From positions 128,001 to 192,000 of the forward strand of contig CAVXGR010000016.1 of the NCBI GenBank assembly GCA_963761335.1: a stretch of 64,000 nucleotides of DNA, written 5' to 3'. Shown here piece after piece: positions 46,591-57,147 of this stretch. Under the pieces are notes generated by a model. The model had not been told where the DNA came from. It did not search any database and saw only the letters and a program-made list of their open reading frames with translations. How positions within the stretch are numbered: position 1 is the stretch's first letter; each line of letters opens with the position of its first letter. The DNA is from an uncultured delta proteobacterium (GTDB lineage: Bacteria; Desulfobacterota; Binatia; HRBIN30; BPIQ01). A program made the translations under genes and the position numbers.

Positions 46591-49467
46591 TCAGTCGACT
46601 CGCGTCCATGCTACCACATTTCGCGCCATGGCGTCCTGCAATTCGAGCCAGTGCAGGAACTCGCGCGGCTGCTCGCTGACGTGCATCCCCTCGGGGTAGA
46701 GGGCGAAGGCCGCCGAGGCCGTCGGGAAGGCCGCCAGACAGCGATATACCGCTGCGAAGCTGTCGCTCTGGAAGCGATACTGCTGTCCGGGCCGGAAGAA
46801 GCGGGTCAGCTGCGAGTCGAGGGGCAGCACGATCGGCAACAGGCCGTTGATGCTCTCCAGGCTGGAGGGCGGCTGTCCCGCTTCCCAGATGCTGGCCAGC
46901 AGCACGTACTGGGAGGGCGGGATGGAGTCCTGGGGCCGCATCGACTCGGGCGACCCGAAGCTGTCGGGCTCCGGCGGCACGGCCGGGCGCTCCTCGCCCG
47001 GCTGGGCGGCGCGCTGCGCGGAAGTCTCGTCCGCAGCCGCAGCGCTGGGCAGCTCGTCCACGAGGCGACCGCCGCGTTCCCCGGGCTTGGGTGGTGCCGG
47101 CAGGCTGTCGACGTCCCACGACGGACGGTTGAGGACATCACGGCGCTTGTTGGGGATGTGCTGGTCATCCATGAATCCCTGCATCTTGTTGCGCTCGATC
47201 TTCGAGAAACGCTCCTGGTCGTACTCGTTGCGCACGATGTGCGGGGTGAGGAAGATCAGCAGGTTGATCTTGTTGCGGCTGGTGGTGCGATCCTTGACGA
47301 GGTTGCCGAGCACCGGGATGTCGCCGAGGAAGGGGATCTTCGACTCGGAGCTGCGGATGGTGTCGGAGATCAGACCGCCGATCACCACCGTCTGGCCGTC
47401 GCGCGCCACCACCGTGGTGGTGGTCGAACGGATGGTGGTCGCCGGGCCGACGGCGTTCGGATCGATGCCGGCGACGTCGGTGATGTCGGAGACCTCTTGA
47501 AAGATGTCGAGGCGGACGGTGCCGCCTTCGGAGATCTGCGGAGTGATGCGCAGGGTGATGCCGACGTCGCGCCGCTCGATGGTGGCGAAGGTGTTGGCGA
47601 GGTTGGTTTCGCTGGTGGAGCGGCTGGCGAGGAAGGGCAGATTGCGGCCGGAGACGATCTCCGCCTCCTGGTTGTCGGTGGTCAGCAGGTTGGGCGCCGA
47701 GAGGATGTTGAAGTCCGAATCCGTCTGCAGCGCGTTCAGCAGCGCCGCCTGCGCCGGCACGGTGCTGCCGTCGGGGAGCCGGATGGTCTGCGAGCTGGCG
47801 GCGGCGAGAATGAGGCCGGGCACCGAGAACTGCGACACGGCCGGGCCGACAGCGGTCTGCGTGAAGTTGTAGCGTCCGAGGCCGACTCCGGGGCCGAGAC
47901 CGGTGGCCCCCTGGAAGGTGAAGCCGAGCTGCCGCGAGCGGTCGAGGTCCACCTCGAGAATGATGGCTTCGACATAGACCTGCCGGCGGCGCACGTCGAG
48001 CTTCTCGATGACGTCCTTGATGGTCTCGAAGTCCTGCGGGGAGGCGTCGATGATCAGCGAGTTGGTGGCCGGGTCGGCGGTGATGTGGACCTCGCCCTCG
48101 AAGAACTGTTGCTGCGGGTTGCCGCCGGTGCCCACCGAGCCGCCGGCGAAGCCACCGGGTGTGCCGAGGCCGCCGAGCGTGCTGCCGCGGCCGCCGAGGC
48201 TCTGTCCGCGGCTGCTGCTGCCGAAGCTGCTGCCGCTGCTGCCGCCGAAGCCGCTGCTCGAGCCGAAGCCGCTGTTGCCGCCGAAGCCGCTGCGCGAGCC
48301 GAAGCTGCTGCCGCCGCCGCCGCGGCCGAAGCTGGAGCCGCCGAGGCCGCCGCGATTGAAGCCGCCGCTGCCGCCGAAGCCGCCCAGGCCGCCGATGCCG
48401 CCGCCGCCACCGCCGCCGATCAGGCTGCCGAGCACGGCCACCAGCTCCTGGGAGTTGGCGTGGCGCAGATAGTAGACGTGGATACGGCCGGTGCCGAGAG
48501 GAAGGGGAACGTCGAGCTGGGAGATCAGCTCCTTGATCTTCTCCATCTCCACCGGCGGAGCGATGACGATGAGTGAGTTGGTGCGTTCCTCGGGGACGAC
48601 CTTGAAAGACTGCTCGCCCGTGCCTCCGGCGACCTGCGCCGTGGCGTTGGCGCCGCGGCGGGCCGCGGCGGCGCGGGCGCGGGCGCTGCGCGCCGCAACC
48701 GGGGCTACCGGAGCCGCTCCCGGAGCGCCTCCGCCGGGAGCCTGCTCCTCGAGAACCTCGCCGATCTTGGAGGCGACGTCATCGGCGAAGGCGTGGGTCA
48801 GGCGGATGACCTCGACCTTGCGCTCCAGCCCGGGGACGTCGAGCTGATAGAGGATGCGCCGCAGGCGCTCGGTGTTGGCCGCGGTGTCGATGAGGATGAT
48901 GGTGTTGGTGGGATCGTAGACGGCGAGCAGTCCGTCGGGAGAGACCAACGGCTGCACGATGGCCACGATCGAGTTGGCGTCGACCTTCTTGAGCGGCACC
49001 AGGCGCGTGATGTACTCGTCGTTTGGCAGAGTCGAGGCCTGCTCGACGGTGCGCAGGGTGCTCGTCTTCGCCTCCTTGGTGGAGACGATCTTGGTGATCA
49101 CACCGCTCGGCACCGTGGTGAAGCCCTTCACCTGCAGGACCGACTGGAAGACCATGTAGGCTTCGTCGACCGAGATCTTGGAGGGAGAGATGACGGTCAC
49201 CTTGCCCTTCACGCGGTCGTCGACGATGAAGTTCTTGCCGGTGATGTCGCTGATGAACTTTACCAGGACGGGGAGATCGACGTCCTGGAAGTCCATGGTG
49301 ATCAGCTTCTCGTCTCCCGGCTTGCCAGCCGCCGGGGGTGGCGGAGCCGGGGGGTTCTGTGCCGGCGCCGGCGGGGGTTTCTGTGCCGCCGCGGGCGGCG
49401 GGAGAATCCATCCCAGACCGGCGCTGACGCAGCAGAGCGCCAGCAGGCAGCGCACGACTATTCTCAT
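46591..49467 (-). CDS. gspD: Type II secretion secretin D with Gly/Ser/Phe-rich insertion and long C-terminal extension
   Basis: ITMDFQDVDL N0 domain, DPATNSLII, RQVYVEAIILEV, KIPFLGDIPVLG and LLIFLTPHIV. Confidence 0.94.
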   Translation of the reverse strand: MRIVVRCLLALCCVSAGLGWILPPPAAAQKPPPAPAQNPPAPPPPAAGKPGDEKLITMDFQDVDLPVLVKFISDITGKNFIVDDRVKGKVTVISPSKISVDEAYMVFQSVLQVKGFTTVPSGVITKIVSTKEAKTSTLRTVEQASTLPNDEYITRLVPLKKVDANSIVAIVQPLVSPDGLLAVYDPTNTIILIDTAANTERLRRILYQLDVPGLERKVEVIRLTHAFADDVASKIGEVLEEQAPGGGAPGAAPVAPVAARSARARAAAARRGANATAQVAGGTGEQSFKVVPEERTNSLIVIAPPVEMEKIKELISQLDVPLPLGTGRIHVYYLRHANSQELVAVLGSLIGGGGGGGIGGLGGFGGSGGFNRGGLGGSSFGRGGGGSSFGSRSGFGGNSGFGSSSGFGGSSGSSFGSSSRGQSLGGRGSTLGGLGTPGGFAGGSVGTGGNPQQQFFEGEVHITADPATNSLIIDASPQDFETIKDVIEKLDVRRRQVYVEAIILEVDLDRSRQLGFTFQGATGLGPGVGLGRYNFTQTAVGPAVSQFSVPGLILAAASSQTIRLPDGSTVPAQAALLNALQTDSDFNILSAPNLLTTDNQEAEIVSGRNLPFLASRSTSETNLANTFATIERRDVGITLRITPQISEGGTVRLDIFQEVSDITDVAGIDPNAVGPATTIRSTTTTVVARDGQTVVIGGLISDTIRSSESKIPFLGDIPVLGNLVKDRTTSRNKINLLIFLTPHIVRNEYDQERFSKIERNKMQGFMDDQHIPNKRRDVLNRPSWDVDSLPAPPKPGERGGRLVDELPSAAAADETSAQRAAQPGEERPAVPPEPDSFGSPESMRPQDSIPPSQYVLLASIWEAGQPPSSLESINGLLPIVLPLDSQLTRFFRPGQQYRFQSDSFAAVYRCLAAFPTASAAFALYPEGMHVSEQPREFLHWLELQDAMARNVVAWTRVD

Positions 49468-49482
49468 ATCACCTCGTCGCCC

Positions 49483-50361
49483 TCACCGCAGCTGATAGCT
49501 GAGCGTGCGGTTCTCCTTGTTGCGTGTGATCTCCACGGAGATGTCGCGATTGTTGCGCAGGTCCTGGAACAGGGACATGGCGCGCGCCGGATCGGTGAGC
49601 GGGGTGTCGTTGATGCGCCGGATGATGTCGCCATTGCGCAGGCCGATCTTGTCGAAGAGACTTCCCTGGCGGATCGCGAAGACGCGAAAACCGGTGGATT
49701 GCCCCCCTTCGAAGTGGGGCACCGCACGAATCTGCGTGAAGAGCTGGTTCATGTTCTCGAGCGCGCTGTCGACCTCGGTGCGCTCGATGGCGTACTGGTC
49801 CTCGCCGAGCTTCTCGATGCCGCCGCCGCCGCTCGCGGGCGCCGGCGGCGCCGCGCGGGCGCTGGCCACTTGCGGTTGTCCGGCGCCGCTGGCATCCGGC
49901 GTCAGCTCCAGAAACTCTTTCTGGCCGTTGCGCTCGAGAGTGATCCGGTCCCATTCGATCTCGACCAGTGTGGCGGCGCCGGCGACCTGATCGCCGATGC
50001 GATAGAGCTCCTGCTTGCGGGTGTTGAGATCCTCGATGATGGCGTAGGACGGCTTGTCGCCGTGGTGGATGGCGACGCCCCACAGCCGCAGGCGCAGCTG
50101 CGTCGGCGCCGGAGTGGGCGGTGTCGACGGCGCCTCCGGCTCCTTCGAGTTGAAGATGTCGCGCGTGCGGATCACCTCGTAGTACGAGAGCGGCTGATTC
50201 GGTTGCGCCGGAATCGGCCGCGGCGGCGCTTCGAGATTCACTTTGGGCATCGGGGTCAGCCTGGCGGCGACCGCCGTGGTGACCGTCGAGGCGCCCCAGT
50301 AGGCAATCAGTCCCAGCAACAATAGATTGACGAGAACGAGATATCGAGGGGGAATCGCCAT
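49483..50361 (-). CDS. gspC: Type II secretion protein C (PDZ-containing)
   Basis: N-terminal TM, HR domain (YAIIED..YRIGD) and PDZ domain (GLRNGDIIRRIND). Confidence 0.9.
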   Translation of the reverse strand: MAIPPRYLVLVNLLLLGLIAYWGASTVTTAVAARLTPMPKVNLEAPPRPIPAQPNQPLSYYEVIRTRDIFNSKEPEAPSTPPTPAPTQLRLRLWGVAIHHGDKPSYAIIEDLNTRKQELYRIGDQVAGAATLVEIEWDRITLERNGQKEFLELTPDASGAGQPQVASARAAPPAPASGGGGIEKLGEDQYAIERTEVDSALENMNQLFTQIRAVPHFEGGQSTGFRVFAIRQGSLFDKIGLRNGDIIRRINDTPLTDPARAMSLFQDLRNNRDISVEITRNKENRTLSYQLR

Positions 50362-50502
50362 GCCCGGTCAGCCCGCCTCTATTGGCAAATGGAGGCGGTG
50401 ATTTCAAGCAAGCGGCCGGTAGGGGTGGCGCCGAGAAGCCCGGCCTTTCCTCTCCGTGCCCTTCCCCGGAGGGGGGCGGCGGCGCGTTTTGGCGGCCCTG
50501 CC

Positions 50503-50531
50503 TTGACTTCGAAGCACCCCATGCGTACCGT
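50503..50531 (+). promoter_or_regulatory. Putative sigma-70 promoter for the iscA-like gene
   Basis: TTGACT-N17-TACCGT, about 48 nt before ATG 50579, with AAGGAG in between. Confidence 0.45.
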
Positions 50532-50578
50532 CTTCAGACGCGGCGCAAGCCGTTTTCTTCAAAGGAGAATTTCTGCAG

Positions 50579-50959
50579 ATGGAGCATAGCGACGCGCAGC
50601 AGACGGCGACCGCCGCATTGCCGCAAGAGAAGCAGCGCCCGGTCGAGCTGACGCCTTTGGCCGTGGAAATGGCCAAGAAGGTGGCGGTGCGCGAGGGCGC
50701 CGGCGGGCGGGGACTGCGCGTCAGCGTCAGCGGCGGCGGCTGCTCGGGCTTCAGCTACAACTTGAAATTCGACTCGGCGGTGGACGGCGATACGGTCTAC
50801 GAGATCGACGGCCTCGAGGTGATCGTCGACGCCTCCAGCGTCGAGTACCTGATGGGCATGACCATCGATTACGTCACCGGCCTGCACGGCGCCGGGTTCA
50901 AGTTTCTCAACCCCAACGCCAGTCGCACCTGCGGCTGCGGCACCTCCTTCGCCGTCTGA
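50579..50959 (+). CDS. Iron-sulfur cluster assembly accessory protein (HesB/IscA/ErpA family)
   Basis: GGGCSGFSY and CGCGTSF motifs. Confidence 0.95.
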   Translation: MEHSDAQQTATAALPQEKQRPVELTPLAVEMAKKVAVREGAGGRGLRVSVSGGGCSGFSYNLKFDSAVDGDTVYEIDGLEVIVDASSVEYLMGMTIDYVTGLHGAGFKFLNPNASRTCGCGTSFAV

Positions 50960-50961
50960 GC

Positions 50962-52410
50962 TCAGGCGGCCGCCGGCGCCAGCCGGCGGTAGAGCTCGGC
51001 ATAGCGGCGCGCCGAGCGCTCCCACGAGAAGTCGGCGGCCATGCCGTTGTCCACCAGGCGCGCCCAGGACGCGGGTCGTCGATAGATCTCGAGGGCGCGG
51101 CGCACGGCGGAGAGCAGGGCGCCCCCGGTATACGGGCCGAACTTGAACCCCGTGCCGCTGCCGGTGGCCTCGTCGAACTCGCCGACCGTGTCGTCGAGCC
51201 CGCCGGTGGCCCGCACCACGGGCGCGGTGCCGTAGCGCAGGCTGTAGATCTGATTGAGCCCGCAGGGCTCGTAGCGCGACGGCATGAGAAAGATGTCGGC
51301 CCCGGCCTCGATGCGGTGTGCCAGGCCGTCGTCGAACCCGATGTGGGCCGCGCACTGCCGCGGATGGCGCCGCGCCAGATCGGCGAGGCCGCTCTCGTAG
51401 GCGGCCTCGCCGCTTCCGAGCACGGCGAGCTGCACGGGCTCGGCGAGAAGGGCGGGGGCGGCCTCGAGGATGAGGTCGACGCCTTTCTGCGCGGCCAGGC
51501 GTGAGACCACGCCGAGCAGCGGCAGAGCCGGCTCCTCCGCCAGTCCGAGCTGGCGCTGCAGCGCCAGCTTGCAGAGGTGCTTGCCCGACGGGTTGCCGCG
51601 GCTGTAGCTCGCCGCCAGCCGTGGGTCCGCCTCCGGTGACCACACCCGGTAGTCGACGCCGTTGAGAATGCCGACCAAGGCGTGGCGGCGGCTCTGCAAC
51701 ACGCCGTCGAGGCCCCAGCCGAGCTCCGGCGTGCAGATCTCCTGCGCGTAGCGCGGGCTGACGGTGGTGATGGCGTCGGCGAAGACGAGACCGCCCTTCA
51801 GGTAGTTGATCTGCCCGTGGAACTCGAGGGCGGCGCTGCTGAAATATTTCCAGTCGAGCTGCAGCAGGTGCCAGTCGAGAGCCCAGAAGATGCCCTGGTA
51901 GCCGAGGTTGTGAATCGTGAGCGCGGTGCGCAGTCGCTGGAGGTGCGGATAGCGCGCCGCGTCGGCGTGCAGGAAGACCGGGGCCAGCGCGGTCTGCCAG
52001 TCGTGGCAGTGGAGAACGTCGAAATCGCCGAGGCGATCGACGGCGGCCAGCGCGGCGCGCCCGAAGAAGGCGAAGCGCTCGGCGTTGTCGGCGTAGTCGC
52101 CGCTGGCGCTGCCGTAGAGAGCGTCGCGGTCGAAGTAGGGATCGGCGCGCAGCAGATACACGTCGGCGCCCTCCGGCCCGGCGACGCGATAGAGCTCGGC
52201 CTCGACCGCGTGCCCGGAGATCGGTGCGGCCAGGCGGATCCCGGTGGGCTCGGCGCGGCCGGCTCGAAGCGCCTGTCGGTAGCCGGGCAGGAGCACGGTG
52301 ACCTCGATGCCGAGGCCATGCAGCGCCGACGGCAGAGCTGCGATCACGTCGCCGAGTCCGCCGGTCTTGGCGAGGGGCGCCATCTCGGACGCCAGCATCA
52401 GCACCCGCAT
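50962..52410 (-). CDS. glgA: Glycogen synthase
   Basis: KTGGLGDV, HCHDWQT, SRLAAQKG and PSRYEPCGLNQ motifs. Confidence 0.96.
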   Translation of the reverse strand: MRVLMLASEMAPLAKTGGLGDVIAALPSALHGLGIEVTVLLPGYRQALRAGRAEPTGIRLAAPISGHAVEAELYRVAGPEGADVYLLRADPYFDRDALYGSASGDYADNAERFAFFGRAALAAVDRLGDFDVLHCHDWQTALAPVFLHADAARYPHLQRLRTALTIHNLGYQGIFWALDWHLLQLDWKYFSSAALEFHGQINYLKGGLVFADAITTVSPRYAQEICTPELGWGLDGVLQSRRHALVGILNGVDYRVWSPEADPRLAASYSRGNPSGKHLCKLALQRQLGLAEEPALPLLGVVSRLAAQKGVDLILEAAPALLAEPVQLAVLGSGEAAYESGLADLARRHPRQCAAHIGFDDGLAHRIEAGADIFLMPSRYEPCGLNQIYSLRYGTAPVVRATGGLDDTVGEFDEATGSGTGFKFGPYTGGALLSAVRRALEIYRRPASWARLVDNGMAADFSWERSARRYAELYRRLAPAAA

Positions 52411-52437
52411 GTCGGCGCCTCCGGCTCGCCTTCGACG

Positions 52438-54984
<2,547 letters not shown>

Positions 54985-55077
54985 GCGGCGATATCTAGTA
55001 CACCCCTCCCGGAGCGACAAGTCCACGGCCGCATGAGGGGAAATTTGACTTCGATCGGGCTTGCCAGTAGGAGCGGA

Positions 55078-55506
55078 ATGCAGAGGATTGCTGCCGTGGG
55101 AGAGCGGCTTTACACGATCGACGAAGTCAATGAGCTGATCCCGCGGTTGGAGATCATCCTGGCGCGCATGCAACGGCGCGGGCTCGAGCTGCGCGCCGCG
55201 CTCGATGACTTCGGGGGCGAGAGCACCGATCCCGAATTGACCATGGGAACCCTGCTGGAGCGCCGCCCGGAGCTGTTGCCGGCGGTGCGAGAGATGGAGT
55301 CGCTGCTGCGCGATATCGAGTCGGCGGGCGGCGAGTTCAAGGGGCTGGATCTGGGTCTGGTGGATTTTCCGGCAGAGCTCAATGGAGAGCGCGTCCTGCT
55401 CTGCTGGCAGTACGGCGAGAAGGAGGTGGCGTTCTTCCACGACCCCAGGTCCGGGTTCTCGGGTCGCCGGCCCCTGCGCCGCCGCCGCAGCACCTATCTC
55501 CAATAG
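55078..55506 (+). CDS. DUF2203 domain protein
   Basis: YTIDEVNELIP..KGLDLGLVDFP..LLCWQYGE..GFSGRRPL; AGGAG RBS. Confidence 0.85.
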   Translation: MQRIAAVGERLYTIDEVNELIPRLEIILARMQRRGLELRAALDDFGGESTDPELTMGTLLERRPELLPAVREMESLLRDIESAGGEFKGLDLGLVDFPAELNGERVLLCWQYGEKEVAFFHDPRSGFSGRRPLRRRRSTYLQ

Positions 55507-55531
55507 AGGGCTCGCTTCCGCCGCATTCCGC

Positions 55532-56530
55532 ATGGAGCCCGAACGCCTTCGCGAGTACCTGCAGGAGCGCCTGGCGCCGCCGGCAGAGCTCCGCATCGAG
55601 AGCGCCGAGCGCATCGGGGGCGGCGCCTCGCGAGAGACCTGGGCGGTCGATGCAACCTGGAGCGAGGCGGGCATGCTGGTCCGTCGGCGGTTCGTCTTCC
55701 GGCGCGACCCATCGGCCGGGCTTCTCGAATCGGACCGCCGCACCGAGTTCGAGGTCATGCGCGCGGCCCGCGCCATGTCGGTTCCGGTGCCGGAGATGTA
55801 CTGGCTCGAAGAGGATCCCCGCTGGCTCGACAGGCCCTTTGCGGTCATGCAGTGGGTCGAAGGCGCCGTGCCCTCGGTCGTCTTCCCGCCGCACGAGTCG
55901 GCGGAGTTGCGGGCCGCCGTCGCCGGACAGTTCGTGCGGCTCCTGGCGCGCATTCACGACGCCGATTGGCGTGCCCACGGCCTCGACGAACTCGGTGCTC
56001 CCGAGTCGGCCTCCGCGGCGGCGGCAGAGCAGGTGGAGCGCTGGCGTGCCGCCTACGAGCGCGCCCGGACCGAGGAGCGCCCGATCCTGGCGCTCGCCCT
56101 GCACTGGCTCGCCAGCCATCTGCCGGAGGGCGGCGAGATCACCCTGGTGCACGGCGATTACCGCGTCGGCAACGTTCTCTATGGCGAGGACGGTATCCGC
56201 GCCGTGCTCGACTGGGAGATGGCCCACATCGGCGATCCCCTCGAGGATCTCGGATGGGCGACGATGCGCTTCTGGACGAGTGGCGGCCTCTGCCAGGGGT
56301 TGCTGCCGCGCCAGGAGCTGATCGCCGGCTACGAGAGGGAGCGCGGCGTCCGCGTCGACCGGGAGTCGCACTTCTTCTACGAGGTCCTCGGCAGCGTCAA
56401 GATGGCGATCATCGGTCTCACCGGTGTGAAATCGTTCAATCAGGGCCTGGTCGCGGACGTGGTTCTGGCCATGGTCGGCTACATGGTCCCACGGCTCGAG
56501 GCGACCCTTCTCGAACAGCTGGAGATTTGA
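55532..56530 (+). CDS. APH-family phosphotransferase (LvaA / ACAD10-11 kinase-like)
   Basis: GGASRETW, LVHGDYRVGN, LDWE and GDPLEDLGW motifs. Confidence 0.88.
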   Translation: MEPERLREYLQERLAPPAELRIESAERIGGGASRETWAVDATWSEAGMLVRRRFVFRRDPSAGLLESDRRTEFEVMRAARAMSVPVPEMYWLEEDPRWLDRPFAVMQWVEGAVPSVVFPPHESAELRAAVAGQFVRLLARIHDADWRAHGLDELGAPESASAAAAEQVERWRAAYERARTEERPILALALHWLASHLPEGGEITLVHGDYRVGNVLYGEDGIRAVLDWEMAHIGDPLEDLGWATMRFWTSGGLCQGLLPRQELIAGYERERGVRVDRESHFFYEVLGSVKMAIIGLTGVKSFNQGLVADVVLAMVGYMVPRLEATLLEQLEI

Positions 56531-56590
56531 ACGGATTGAAAGGGTCGCCGCCGCTGCCCGTCTCTGCCGCGGCGGGCGACTGGGGGGAAA

Positions 56591-57052
56591 ATGCAACCGG
56601 GTGTCGTCGAAGCACTGAACGGAATCAAGAAGGTGATGCTGGAGGTTCTGCTGCCGGAGCTGCAGTCGGCTCAGGCGCGCGGCCAGGTGCTCTATGCCGG
56701 GGTTCTGCTCGACCACCTCGCGGCTCGCTGGGAGATCGAGTACCCGCTGCTGGCGGAGGAGCGAGCCGATCTCTCCTCCCTGCTCGCCGAGGCACGGGAG
56801 AGGCTCGGGGGCTCGGCCGCCGAGCTCGAACGGCGCATCGACGCCCTCCTGGGGCCGGCCGAGCCAGGGGCGGGGCAGGTGCCCGGTCCGGCACAGCTGG
56901 TGAGCGATAACGCCGCCATGCGCGAGGTGGTCGCGGCCCTGGTGTCGCGTTCGTCGCTGCCGGAGCCCATGGCCGCGTCGCTGCACGCGTACCTGCGGCG
57001 CCAGCACCACCGCGACGAGCGTCTGGTCGCAGTGGGGGCTCTGAGCTGGTAA
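56591..57052 (+). CDS. Small helical protein, possible partner of the upstream phosphotransferase (LvaB-like)
   Basis: 153 aa, purine-rich RBS, directly downstream of the APH gene; family call inferred from context. Confidence 0.6.
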   Translation: MQPGVVEALNGIKKVMLEVLLPELQSAQARGQVLYAGVLLDHLAARWEIEYPLLAEERADLSSLLAEARERLGGSAAELERRIDALLGPAEPGAGQVPGPAQLVSDNAAMREVVAALVSRSSLPEPMAASLHAYLRRQHHRDERLVAVGALSW

Positions 57053-57147
57053 TAGGGACTGCGCCACCCGCAGGCCGCATCGGCTTGAATTGTGGGTGGC
57101 GATGGCGCATACGCATTGAGTTCGGGCCGAGGAAAGTAAGCGGGAGT

